Virus record (IMG/VR): IMGVR_UViG_3300020181_000019
Span: 1-39,429 of that record
Direction: 5' to 3' (one strand)
Origin: a virus
Taxonomy: Duplodnaviria; Caudoviricetes
DNA length: 39,429 bases
Shown here: in pieces, positions 8,031 through 15,723 of the stretch
Numbering within the stretch: the first letter of the stretch is position 1
Layout of the letters: the number at the start of each line of letters is the position of its first letter
Made by a program: the position numbers and the translations under genes
The notes under the pieces: model-generated
What the model saw: the letters and a program-made list of their open reading frames with translations, nothing else
Database searches by the model: none
Told to the model about the DNA's origin: nothing

Positions 8031-8541
8031 GGCCCTCACCCACCTCCGGCTGGGCGGCGTCCGAGGCGAGGCGGCGGGCGCGCTCGCGGTTGGCCACAAG
8101 TCCCCAGGCGTCATTGAGCGCCCAGATGTACTGCGGGTCTGCGCCAAGACCGCGGAACGTGTCGATCCGAGCCTTGATGTCGTCCTTCGCCTCCCGCAAC
8201 GCCGCCGCCTGCGCCTGCCGCACCCGGTCGGCGGTCTCGGCGGGGAGGCGTCGTCGGATCAGGGTCTCGATGCGAGCCTCAATGAGGCGCGCGGCGGTGT
8301 CCGTATCGCTTTCCGCGGCGGCGTCGAGGATCGTCAGCGCAATCCATTCTCGCTCGGCGTCCGTCAGCGTCACCGCCGCACCCGCCACCTGCCCGCCGTG
8401 TAGGGGGCACGATGACCGGTCGACGTCGTGCTCGATGCCCGTCCCGTAGTCGGTGCGGATCGTGTAGCCCTCACATGCACAGGCCGCCGCACCCGCCACC
8501 TGCCTGTCGTGCTCCCGCTCGTCGCCGGTGTGGGTGGTCAT
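8023..8541 (-). CDS. hypothetical protein, 172 aa
   Basis: GGGAGG RBS, ATGA overlap; QVAGAA encoded twice. Confidence 0.7.
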   Translation of the reverse strand: MTTHTGDEREHDRQVAGAAACACEGYTIRTDYGTGIEHDVDRSSCPLHGGQVAGAAVTLTDAEREWIALTILDAAAESDTDTAARLIEARIETLIRRRLPAETADRVRQAQAAALREAKDDIKARIDTFRGLGADPQYIWALNDAWGLVANRERARRLASDAAQPEVGEGRE

Positions 8542-8762
8542 GCGTCCTCCCTGAGGTAGGCGCGGGCGACGGCGAGGGCGGCCCGCGCGTCAAGGCGGAT
8601 GTCAGACACCGGAAGTGGCGCCTTGCTGCGGTCCCAGTCGTCGGCGGTCGCGTCCAGCCAGTCCGCCACGGCGAGCATGAATCGGTCGCTGTGCTCAGGT
8701 GTGTAGTTCGCCTGACCGTTGCGAATGCTGACAGCCGCTCGACGCAGCATCTCGGCGCTCAT
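8538..8762 (-). CDS. hypothetical protein, 74 aa (MSAEMLRRAA...)
   Basis: ATGA overlaps at both ends. Confidence 0.7.
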   Translation of the reverse strand: MSAEMLRRAAVSIRNGQANYTPEHSDRFMLAVADWLDATADDWDRSKAPLPVSDIRLDARAALAVARAYLREDA

Positions 8763-9079
8763 GAGGCACCGCCGTTGGTGGGGCGGGGCTGGGTGGGTGG
8801 AGTGGCGTGCTCGTCTTCGGAGGATGCGAGCGCCATTAGGGCGGCGTACCGGCCTGCCGTTGTGGTCCCGCACTTCCTCAGGTGGACCTTGCGCGCGAAG
8901 GCCGCAAAGACATCCACGGGGTCCTCCCCGCGCCTGGCTGCCTCCTTCAGCATCTCGGGGATCAGCACCTCACGCCTCTGCACGAAGTACGGACCGCACT
9001 CACAGCCCAGGCGGTGTGCGATGGTCAGGCGGTACTCCAGGTCGAGCGCCATCAGGTCCGACTGCTCCACCCCGCTCAT
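8759..9079 (-). CDS. hypothetical protein, 106 aa (MSGVEQSDL...)
   Basis: ATGA overlaps at both ends. Confidence 0.65.
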   Translation of the reverse strand: MSGVEQSDLMALDLEYRLTIAHRLGCECGPYFVQRREVLIPEMLKEAARRGEDPVDVFAAFARKVHLRKCGTTTAGRYAALMALASSEDEHATPPTQPRPTNGGAS

Positions 9080-9240
9080 GCCGACCGCCCGATCTCGCGC
9101 TCGTATGCGTCGGCAGCGAGGTCGGCCATCCAGCCGTAGGGGTCGCGTTCGGGGTCGCGGCGGTCGGTCTCGCGCTGCACAATGAGGTCGTCGCAACCGC
9201 CGCAGGTGTCGCGGGTGCAGTGGTGGGTGGGGGTCCTCAT
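9076..9240 (-). CDS. hypothetical protein, 54 aa (MRTPTHHC...)
   Basis: ATGA overlaps at both ends. Confidence 0.6.
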   Translation of the reverse strand: MRTPTHHCTRDTCGGCDDLIVQRETDRRDPERDPYGWMADLAADAYEREIGRSA

Positions 9241-9839
9241 GCCGCACCGCCCTGAGCGAGTTCGGCCAGCCGCTTGGTGACGTGGTCGCGGACAGACTCG
9301 CCGTCGACCTCCACGTCGAGCAGGTTGCGCGCGTGGGCTCGATTGCCCCACTCGCGCACCTCGTCCTCGGTGGTGGCGTCGGCGAGTGCGGCGACGACCT
9401 GGGTGGCGAGTTCGGCGGGGGTTGGCTCGGTGGTGGTCGCCGGCGCGTCGGGGAGCGGATGGATCGTGTGCAGGGTCTTCTTGTGCTTGGACTCCTGGAG
9501 CGCGATCTTCTGCTGACCCTTGATGTGCGACAGGTGGCTCACTCTGATGCCGCCGACCTCTTCGCCGGCCCACTTGACCTTCTCGTCTCGGAACAGCGTC
9601 ATCCGAGCGTCCTCGGGCCAGTCGTCGGTCTCGGCGCCCCAGCAGTAGGCGAGGATGCGCTGGACTGTCTTCGACGGCTTGAATGGTCGGTTGCGGGGCC
9701 ACTCCTTGAGCACGATGCTCACCGGCTGCTCTTCGCTTCCTTCGCGAACCTCGAGCACGGTGAAGGTGCGCGGCCCGGTAAGTAGATCGTCGGCGTTCAG
9801 TTGGTCGCTTTTGGCGATGATCGTCTTGCTGAGGTCCAT
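9237..9839 (-). CDS. conserved phage protein next to exonuclease; candidate ssDNA-binding/annealing protein
   Basis: MDLSKTIIAKSDQLNADDL...KPSKTVQRIL...WG...GGIRVSHLSHI; occupies the RecT slot. Confidence 0.6.
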   Translation of the reverse strand: MDLSKTIIAKSDQLNADDLLTGPRTFTVLEVREGSEEQPVSIVLKEWPRNRPFKPSKTVQRILAYCWGAETDDWPEDARMTLFRDEKVKWAGEEVGGIRVSHLSHIKGQQKIALQESKHKKTLHTIHPLPDAPATTTEPTPAELATQVVAALADATTEDEVREWGNRAHARNLLDVEVDGESVRDHVTKRLAELAQGGAA

Positions 9840-9840
9840 G

Positions 9841-10707
9841 TCAGGCCACCGTCTCGGAGAAGGGATTGAGGTTGTCGGGGATGACCGCCGCATGGCGGTA
9901 GAAGTAGTAGTTCGGGAGCGCGGTCGGCTCCGGCTCAAGCTCTGAGAAGCCGGGCCACTGGTCGCTCTTCTTGCAGGCGTCGTAGACCTCGATCGCGCGG
10001 TCGTTTAGCGCGGTCGCGATCTCCATCGCCAGCTCGTCGCATGTGTGGATCTGGACGAGGTAGGGCGCGGTCGTCTCCTGGCAGATGAATCGCAGGGGCG
10101 TCTTGGCTGCCGAGTGTCCGAGTGCCGCCAGTCCGCGCTGGTAGAACTCGGCCTGCTGGTGATAGCCGTAGCTCGCCATCGCCTTCTCGAAGCCGTGGGA
10201 CGTGGCGTCTTCGCAGGTCTTGTAGTCGAAGGCGTCGTCGTCGTTGAGCAGGTCGTACCTCGCCCGGCACCACACGCTGCTCTCTTGCCAGAAACCAGAG
10301 ACCTCGGACGTGGAGGCGTCGAGGATGGTGGCGACCTCGGGGTGTGCGCGCAACGCCTCAGCCATGCCGAGGATCTGGTCGCACTCGGCTTGCGTGACTC
10401 CGACTGCCGCCTCGGACTCGATGAGGAATGACGCCGCCGCACGTTCAGCCTTGCCGTCCTTGGTGCGGCCGTCGTACTGCCAGACGATGAGCTCTGGTCC
10501 GGCGCCGAGCGCGTGCAGGTGCGCAGCCTTGCCGAGGTTCATCGCCTTGGTGGGCTTGCGGTTGCGTCGTCGCTCGACCGCCTTGGCCGGTACGTGCTCG
10601 GTCAGTAGTCGGGCGAATGTGGACGACAGGGAGCCGCCAGGGACAGGGTCGGCATGGTAGATCTCGTCGGGCATGTCGCGAACGAGCCCGGGCTCGGTGA
10701 TCTTCAC
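9841..10707 (-). CDS. RecE-like PD-(D/E)XK exonuclease (DUF3799-like)
   Basis: YHADP...SLSST, G-x-x-x-H (GKAAH), CRARYD, DYKT, YGYHQQAEFY; GTG start at 10707. Confidence 0.85.
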   Translation of the reverse strand: MKITEPGLVRDMPDEIYHADPVPGGSLSSTFARLLTEHVPAKAVERRRNRKPTKAMNLGKAAHLHALGAGPELIVWQYDGRTKDGKAERAAASFLIESEAAVGVTQAECDQILGMAEALRAHPEVATILDASTSEVSGFWQESSVWCRARYDLLNDDDAFDYKTCEDATSHGFEKAMASYGYHQQAEFYQRGLAALGHSAAKTPLRFICQETTAPYLVQIHTCDELAMEIATALNDRAIEVYDACKKSDQWPGFSELEPEPTALPNYYFYRHAAVIPDNLNPFSETVA

Positions 10708-10856
10708 GACGCCCTCGCCTCCTCGCGCCCTTCCCACGCCTTGTCGGCGCACGGCTTGCACACGTCGATGGGGTCGGGTCGCCAGCCGTCGCCGTCGCGG
10801 ACGGTGGCGCGGGTGGTGGTGGTGACGGCCTGTGCGCCGCAGGAGCAGGCGGTCAT
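10704..10856 (-). CDS. small zinc-finger protein, 50 aa
   Basis: CSCG...VCKPC; overlaps at both ends. Confidence 0.6.
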   Translation of the reverse strand: MTACSCGAQAVTTTTRATVRDGDGWRPDPIDVCKPCADKAWEGREEARAS

Positions 10857-11062
10857 GGCGTCGCTCCGGGTGGAGTGGCGCGAAGGTGACCGAGGATGAC
10901 GGAGGCGAGGTGCCGGTCGTGCCAGTCGTAGGTGTGCTCGTCGCCGCACGTGCACCCGGACCACAACACCTCGCCGTAGTCACCCGTCTCCATGTCGTCT
11001 CGGTGCTTGGCCAGCAGTTGTGCGAGCGCCTCAATCTCGGCCGACTGCTCTGATGCCGTCAC
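10853..11062 (-). CDS. hypothetical protein, 69 aa (H...CTCG...HDRHLA)
   Basis: GTGA/ATGA overlaps. Confidence 0.65.
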   Translation of the reverse strand: MTASEQSAEIEALAQLLAKHRDDMETGDYGEVLWSGCTCGDEHTYDWHDRHLASVILGHLRATPPGATP

Positions 11063-11322
11063 GACGCACCCCCCGACCGCTGGAAGGTCAGCACGGTCCC
11101 GCACGGCTCGTCAGGTGCGACCAGTTCGGCCCGCGCCTGTCGGGTGAGTTCTCCTCGCAGGGCGGTCGCGAACCTGTCGCGGTCCACGGCGGTGTCGAAG
11201 TGCCTCAGTAGTTCCCGCTCAAGGGCCTCGCGCGCTTCGTCGGCGTCGCGGTGGTGGATGACTGAGCGGATCTCGGCGAAGATCCAGGCGGCGGCGAGGG
11301 TGATGATGACGGCGGTGGTCAT
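11059..11322 (-). CDS. membrane-anchored hypothetical protein, 87 aa
   Basis: N-terminal hydrophobic helix; overlaps. Confidence 0.65.
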   Translation of the reverse strand: MTTAVIITLAAAWIFAEIRSVIHHRDADEAREALERELLRHFDTAVDRDRFATALRGELTRQARAELVAPDEPCGTVLTFQRSGGAS

Positions 11323-11636
11323 GACGCCGCCGCCTGAGTGCTAGCCAGCCGCCACACCCGAACCGGCATGTCGAACAGCACAGCGAGGGCGTCGTGGCAG
11401 ATGAGGTCGAGGTTCGGGACCGTGGTGACGCCGACCTCCATGAACGCCGCCCAGCGATGCACGGCGTCGACGTCGGTCAGCATCAACTCGACCGGACCGT
11501 CGCCGAAGAAGCTCACCGCAGCAGGTGGCGGCAACTCGGCGGACTCGGCTGCTGCGAGCACCAGCGCGACGGACTTCGCGCGCTCGGAGATGCGGCCGTC
11601 GAGGGCGTCTGCGAGGTCGTGGGCGTTGGCGGTCAT
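11319..11636 (-). CDS. hypothetical protein, 105 aa (MTANAHDLAD...)
   Basis: ATGA overlaps. Confidence 0.7.
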   Translation of the reverse strand: MTANAHDLADALDGRISERAKSVALVLAAAESAELPPPAAVSFFGDGPVELMLTDVDAVHRWAAFMEVGVTTVPNLDLICHDALAVLFDMPVRVWRLASTQAAAS

Positions 11637-11812
11637 CGGGTGGCCGCCTCGGCGTGACGCATGGCGGCGGTGAACTCCGCCTCGGCGCGGGCGGTCCACT
11701 CGGGCGTGAATAGAGCGGGCGCAGTCTGGGCCGCCATGTAGTCGCTGCGGGCTCGCTGTGCGCGACGCAGCCAAGCCTCCGAGAGGCTTGAGGCGAGAGT
11801 CGGTTCGGTCAT
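11633..11812 (-). CDS. hypothetical protein, 59 aa (MTEPTLASSLSEAW...)
   Basis: Not in ORF track; strong AGGAGGA RBS; stop overlaps next ATG. Confidence 0.7.
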   Translation of the reverse strand: MTEPTLASSLSEAWLRRAQRARSDYMAAQTAPALFTPEWTARAEAEFTAAMRHAEAATR

Positions 11813-11885
11813 GAGATGCTCCTCCTAGTTCGCGAGCCCGGGGTCGCTTGTCGGTGGTGCCGGGCTCCGGCTTTTGGGTTGGTGG

Positions 11886-12014
11886 TCAGGTGAGGTGGAT
11901 GAAGAGGGCCGCTATGCAGCCAGCGATGACGGTGCAGGCGATGAACGCGACGGCGAACGCGAGGCCGCGACAGGTGTTCAGGCCGCGGGCTTCGGCTTCG
12001 GCGCGGGGGATCAT
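11886..12014 (-). CDS. small membrane protein, 42 aa
   Basis: MIPRAEAEARG...LAFAVAFIACTVIAGCIAALFIHLT; ATGA overlap. Confidence 0.6.
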   Translation of the reverse strand: MIPRAEAEARGLNTCRGLAFAVAFIACTVIAGCIAALFIHLT

Positions 12015-12325
12015 GAGGGCGCTCCGGGCGGGGTGGTGCGGGCGGCCTTGCGTGCGTCGAACCACTCGGAGAGTTCGGCGTCGTACCGCTCCGGCGTCAT
12101 GTCGGGGTTCCGGTGCTCCAGCCGCATCGTTCGCCGACCACCCACGACGTGCGTCTCGTCGCGCTGGTAGTAGTCGGTGAAGAGCAGGTAGCCGCCCCGC
12201 GTCATGGAGAGCAACTCGCCTTCGATCTCGTCGTGGGTGTTGCCCTCGATGACCAGCGTCATCCGGTACTTCGCGACCGGCGGCGTTGCGCCAGTCCCGA
12301 CCGCCTCCACGCCCTCGCCGCTCAT
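12011..12325 (-). CDS. hypothetical protein, 104 aa
   Basis: ATGA overlaps. Confidence 0.65.
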   Translation of the reverse strand: MSGEGVEAVGTGATPPVAKYRMTLVIEGNTHDEIEGELLSMTRGGYLLFTDYYQRDETHVVGGRRTMRLEHRNPDMTPERYDAELSEWFDARKAARTTPPGAPS

Positions 12326-12588
12326 GCCCCCGCCGTCCATGCGTTGCGGACCACGGCGCCAGTGGGCGGAATGGGGCGTCCTCGGAAGTCGAATCCCGGG
12401 CGTCGGCTGGCGGTCGAAGCGGGCGGAGTGGCGCGCACACCGGGGCACCACTCGGGCAGGCCGCAGCCACCGCGGGGACCCTCGTTGATGTGCGTGTGCC
12501 CCGGGTGGGGCTCCGTCCTAACGCAAGGCTGGTGCGTCCAGCGGCGCGCCCCATTCTCGCCCGACTGCTGTGCCCGCTCGGCGCTCAT
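12322..12588 (-). CDS. hypothetical Cys/His protein, 88 aa
   Basis: ATGA overlaps. Confidence 0.55.
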   Translation of the reverse strand: MSAERAQQSGENGARRWTHQPCVRTEPHPGHTHINEGPRGGCGLPEWCPGVRATPPASTASRRPGFDFRGRPIPPTGAVVRNAWTAGA

Positions 12589-12947
12589 TCCGCACCGCCG
12601 ACCCAGCCGCGCCACAGCCGGTACGTCGTGGACTTGTTGCCGTTGCCCTTGCTGACAGTGCCGTCGATCTGCGCCGACACGTCGGTGTTGTCGAGGTAGC
12701 CGCCGTCCCGCTTGGCTGCCGTCGACCACATCGCCGAGATCCGCTGCTTGTTCACCGCCGGGTCACGCTCGACAAGGCGGGCAGTGACGCGGCACGGATG
12801 AATCAGGCCGTTGTTCGCCAGCGCCTCAGCCCAGCAGGCGTCACGGAAGGCGTCGGCGAGGTCGATGCCGAGGGGGGTCAGCTCGTCGGCGATGAGCGCC
12901 AGGAGGTCGGGCTCCTCGACGGGGTGTGTTGCGAGGGTGGTGCTCAC
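12585..12947 (-). CDS. hypothetical protein, 120 aa
   Basis: GGAAGG RBS, GTGA overlap. Confidence 0.7.
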   Translation of the reverse strand: MSTTLATHPVEEPDLLALIADELTPLGIDLADAFRDACWAEALANNGLIHPCRVTARLVERDPAVNKQRISAMWSTAAKRDGGYLDNTDVSAQIDGTVSKGNGNKSTTYRLWRGWVGGAE

Positions 12948-13081
12948 TTGTCGTCACCTTCCTTGGCTCGCGGGCAGTCGGTGGTGTGGGGCCGCGTCTC
13001 GATGTCGACGGCGCACTCGGGGCAGCGACCAGGGAGGCTGCGGATGTAGGCGTCGGAGTTGCGGCCGAGGTTGGTGCTCAT
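12944..13081 (-). CDS. small zinc-finger protein, 45 aa
   Basis: CPEC...HTTDC; overlaps. Confidence 0.6.
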   Translation of the reverse strand: MSTNLGRNSDAYIRSLPGRCPECAVDIETRPHTTDCPRAKEGDDK

Positions 13082-13410
13082 GGGGTGCCGCCGGTTGGGG
13101 TGGCCTGACGGCGCGAGTCGAAACCCGGCGTCCGGATCGCCGCAAAGTAGGCGTTGTTGCACGGGAGCGAGTGCGAGTAGCCATCGCATCCCGGGCCGCG
13201 CTGACAGAGTGCGACGCGAGCCAACTTGGTCGGATCCATTCGGCAGTGGTCGCCGGTCCGGGGCGCCTTGCAGCCCTCACTCGGCCAGTGGTCCATCGCC
13301 GGGTGGGGGCAGTGCACGCAGTCGCCTTCGGCCACGACGACGCCGGTCGTTGTGACACGCACCGCCAGTGCCTCGACCTCACCCGACCGCCGCACCTCCG
13401 CGCCGGTCAT
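13078..13410 (-). CDS. Cys/His-rich hypothetical protein, 110 aa
   Basis: ATGA overlaps. Confidence 0.6.
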   Translation of the reverse strand: MTGAEVRRSGEVEALAVRVTTTGVVVAEGDCVHCPHPAMDHWPSEGCKAPRTGDHCRMDPTKLARVALCQRGPGCDGYSHSLPCNNAYFAAIRTPGFDSRRQATPTGGTP

Positions 13411-13661
13411 GGGGTGCCGCCGGGGGTGGGGGTGGTGGCGTAGGTGATGGCGTAGTGGTCGACTGACGGGATGACTTGCCGCCGCCATGCGGACCACGAG
13501 ATGAGGGCATGCCCTAGGACGCGAGCCTCGTCGGGCGTTAAGTCGCCTTCGGTCATCACGGCACAGGCGCCACCCATGTCCACCAGTTGCGCGATGGTGC
13601 GGCCGTTGTCCGCCTTGACGTAGGCGTGACCGCGACGAACGTCGTAGTCAACCTCAGTCAT
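13407..13661 (-). CDS. hypothetical protein, 84 aa
   Basis: Overlapping chain. Confidence 0.65.
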   Translation of the reverse strand: MTEVDYDVRRGHAYVKADNGRTIAQLVDMGGACAVMTEGDLTPDEARVLGHALISWSAWRRQVIPSVDHYAITYATTPTPGGTP

Positions 13662-13893
13662 TGGTCTCACCCCAGACAGTCAGGGCATCAAGCCAGTCCC
13701 GCAGGTCGCGCCGAAGATCGTGATTGGGAGTCCGGCGGGCGTACTCAGCCAGCACCTCACGTGCGGTCGGGTCGTGCTGCGGGTCGAGCACGAAGTAGCG
13801 GCAGGTGTCGTGCTTGCCTGACGGGTCACCGAGCCTCTTGACGTGGTATCGCGATTCGAGGCCCGACTCCTTCTCAACCCCCGCCCCGCTCAC
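13654..13893 (-). CDS. hypothetical protein, 79 aa (...YFVLDPQHDPTAREVLAEYA...)
   Basis: GGGGAG RBS, GTGA overlap. Confidence 0.7.
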   Translation of the reverse strand: MSGAGVEKESGLESRYHVKRLGDPSGKHDTCRYFVLDPQHDPTAREVLAEYARRTPNHDLRRDLRDWLDALTVWGETND

Positions 13894-13991
13894 GACTCCC
13901 CCTCGGCGTCGGCGAGGACTTCGGCCCAGGCTTCGGGGAGCCAGGTGGGCTTGGCGGCGAGGAAGGCTGCGTGGGCGTAGTCGCGGGTCAC
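13890..13991 (-). CDS. small hypothetical protein, 33 aa (MTRDYAHAAFLAAKPTWLPEAW...)
   Basis: Fills gap with GTGA overlaps at both ends; GAGGA RBS. Confidence 0.55.
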   Translation of the reverse strand: MTRDYAHAAFLAAKPTWLPEAWAEVLADAEGES

Positions 13992-14179
13992 TGGTCGTCC
14001 TCGCTTCCGACGCGGGGCCGGTTCTTGAACCACTCGGCAAGGTCGTCGGCGTCGATGCGAATCGCGCGGCCGACGCGGTAGGCCGTGAGCAACTGCTTGT
14101 TGATGGCCACGCGCAGCGTCGCCTCGCTCACCTCATAGGCGGCGGCAGCAGAGCGAACCGAGTAGGCCTTCTGGCTCAC
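13988..14179 (-). CDS. xis: excisionase-like HTH DNA-binding protein
   Basis: AYSVRSAAAAYEVSEATLRVAI...LTAYRVGRAIRIDADDLAEW; follows cro. Confidence 0.8.
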   Translation of the reverse strand: MSQKAYSVRSAAAAYEVSEATLRVAINKQLLTAYRVGRAIRIDADDLAEWFKNRPRVGSEDDQ

Positions 14180-14460
14180 AGCCCTGACGCCTTCTTGAGC
14201 GGGACGCCCGGCTCAACAGGCTTGACGAGCGGGCCGTGCCAGATGAGGAGCGGGTCCAGACCCAGGGCGTTCGCCCACGCGGTCAGCAGGCGGTCGCTTG
14301 CGACCTTGTTGCCGTTCTCGACATTGGAGAGGCCGGCGTTGGTGATCGGGACGCCTTGCTCACGGATGCGCTCAGCGAGCTGCTGCTGAGTGAGAGTCGT
14401 GAGCTTGGTCCGGACCTCCTTGAGGCGGACCATCGGTCCGAGGGGTTCAGGAGCGGGCAT
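14176..14460 (-). CDS. Cro-like XRE HTH regulator
   Basis: LTQQQLAERI...LSNVENG...ANALG; divergent from repressor. Confidence 0.85.
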   Translation of the reverse strand: MPAPEPLGPMVRLKEVRTKLTTLTQQQLAERIREQGVPITNAGLSNVENGNKVASDRLLTAWANALGLDPLLIWHGPLVKPVEPGVPLKKASGL

Positions 14461-14466
14461 GTGTCG

Positions 14467-14495
14467 ATATTGAGCGACAAGTAGCGACAAGTCAA
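14467..14495 (-). promoter_or_regulatory. early lytic promoter TTGACT-N17-CAATAT, leaderless cro
   Basis: Canonical spacing; ATG follows the -10 after 6 nt; two CGACAAGT boxes inside. Confidence 0.7.
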
Positions 14496-14613
14496 GGACG
14501 AATGACCCGAAATGACGACAAGTTATCGATGACCTGCGGAACTACATCGGTGTGACTGTCGACCTGCGTCGATGCGTCATCGGTAACTTGTCGCTACTGA
14601 ACTGGACTTGTCG
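14475..14613. promoter_or_regulatory. operator repeats CGACAAGT (14475, 14485, 14516) and inverted ACTTGTCG (14586, 14606)
   Basis: Five exact 8-mers in the 180-bp switch region overlapping both promoters. Confidence 0.75.
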
Positions 14614-14639
14614 TGAGTTGCGCTGGCACGCTGATCCGC

Positions 14640-15230
14640 ATGAAAGAGACCGGATGGCAGGTCATCGGCCACATCGCCAAGGCGCGCCGCGAGCGGCTCG
14701 GGCTGAACCAGGACGAGCTCGCGCAGTACGGCGGCCCCAAGGTGGCCACGGTGGGCAAGTTCGAGCGGGCTGCGCAGGAGTCCTTCCCCTTGCGTACTCA
14801 GCACCAGATGGAGAACGCGCTCGGGTGGGCGCGGGGCACTGTCGAGCAGGTCGTCAACTCGATCGACGACGGCTCGCTGACGATGGAAGACTGGGAGCAC
14901 GACCTAGTGGTCGAGGACGTCCCGGACATGAGCCGGCCGGTCTTGCCGCCTACTAGCGATGGTGACGACGTCGAACAGCTCGAGGCGTTCGCGTCCGTCT
15001 TCCGACTAGTGCCTCCCGAACTCAGGGACGACGCCCTTCGAGCTGCGCTAGTCGGCGTGCTGCCCTTCCTTGACAACGCAGGCGCAAAGCATCTCGGCCA
15101 GGGTCTGCGGTCCACCTTCCCGCCGCGGGGAGGTGATGGAAATGCCGACGCAGACGCAGGAGGCCCCGCCCCCACCAGCCAGGTGATCGAGGACGCCGAG
15201 ATTGTCAGTCCGCAGGAAGCCGACACATGA
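14640..15230 (+). CDS. immunity repressor, XRE HTH
   Basis: ARRERLGLNQDELAQYGGPKVATVGKFE...MENALGW; divergent from cro; no S24 peptidase domain evident. Confidence 0.8.
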   Translation: MKETGWQVIGHIAKARRERLGLNQDELAQYGGPKVATVGKFERAAQESFPLRTQHQMENALGWARGTVEQVVNSIDDGSLTMEDWEHDLVVEDVPDMSRPVLPPTSDGDDVEQLEAFASVFRLVPPELRDDALRAALVGVLPFLDNAGAKHLGQGLRSTFPPRGGDGNADADAGGPAPTSQVIEDAEIVSPQEADT

Positions 15231-15381
15231 CTTCCCGCGCGGCCGTGACCCGCTCCTCCTTGCTGACGCGCTCGTCCATCAGCAACAGTCGCGGCCGCGT
15301 GAGGTACAGCCACCGCTCCCTGAGGCACGGGACGAACACGACTCGGACACCCTTGTCCGCCAACTCGAACATTGCTTCCAT
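15205..15381 (-). CDS. small hypothetical protein, ~58 aa (MEAMFELADKGVRVVFVP...), convergent with repressor
   Basis: GGGAG before ATG 15381; protein-like pattern reminiscent of the N-terminal part of ImmA/IrrE proteins, without HEXXH. Confidence 0.5.
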   Translation of the reverse strand: MEAMFELADKGVRVVFVPCLRERWLYLTRPRLLLMDERVSKEERVTAAREVMCRLPAD

Positions 15382-15637
15382 TTCCGCCGCTCCCACGATG
15401 AACGGGCGCCCCGGTGAGATGTCCCCCATCTCCCCAAGCCATGTGCGCCGGGTGATCTCTTCAGCTCCCGTGCAGGCAGTGTGCATCAGTGCTCCGACTC
15501 TTGAGGGGGAGTTACGGAACCGCAACCTAGTCATCGATACGGATGGGGCGCATGTGCTGGTGGCGTAGCACACGCCTCGACCACCGACCGCGAGCGTTGG
15601 GCTACATTGAAGGCTGTCGAAGGGCCTGTTTCACGCT

Positions 15638-15688
15638 CACAACCCGCGGATTAAAAGTCCGATGCTCTGCCAATTGAGCTAGGGGCCC
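15638..15688 (-). pseudogene. 5' fragment of tRNA-Lys(UUU) = attP common core
   Basis: GGGCCCC TA GCTCAATTGGCAGAGC A TCGGA CT-TTT-AA TCCGC GGGTT GTG; no TTCGA T-loop and no full 3' acceptor strand. Confidence 0.85.
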
Positions 15689-15696
15689 GCCGATGA

Positions 15697-15723
15697 GAAA
15701 CCGCAGGTAGATCGCGGTTTTTC
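15697..15723 (+). terminator. hairpin/terminator between att core and integrase
   Basis: GAAACCGC-N9-GCGGTTTTTC. Confidence 0.55.

Noticed and set aside
12387-13130. T-loop-like GGG(T/A)TTCGACT at about 12390 and 13120 as tRNA remnants
   Set aside because: No cloverleaf context; both encode PGFD inside ORFs.
15227-15568. 113-aa + strand ORF after the repressor
   Set aside because: Despite an ATGA overlap it is Ser/Arg-rich and looks like the shadow of the - strand ORF; not fully excluded.
15618-15688. Functional phage-encoded tRNA-Lys
   Set aside because: No T-loop, only 5 of 7 acceptor pairs and too short; arm repeats and integrase indicate an attP core.
14640-15690. Integration-dependent immunity with attP inside the repressor gene
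   Set aside because: The repressor stops at 15230, about 400 bp before the core.
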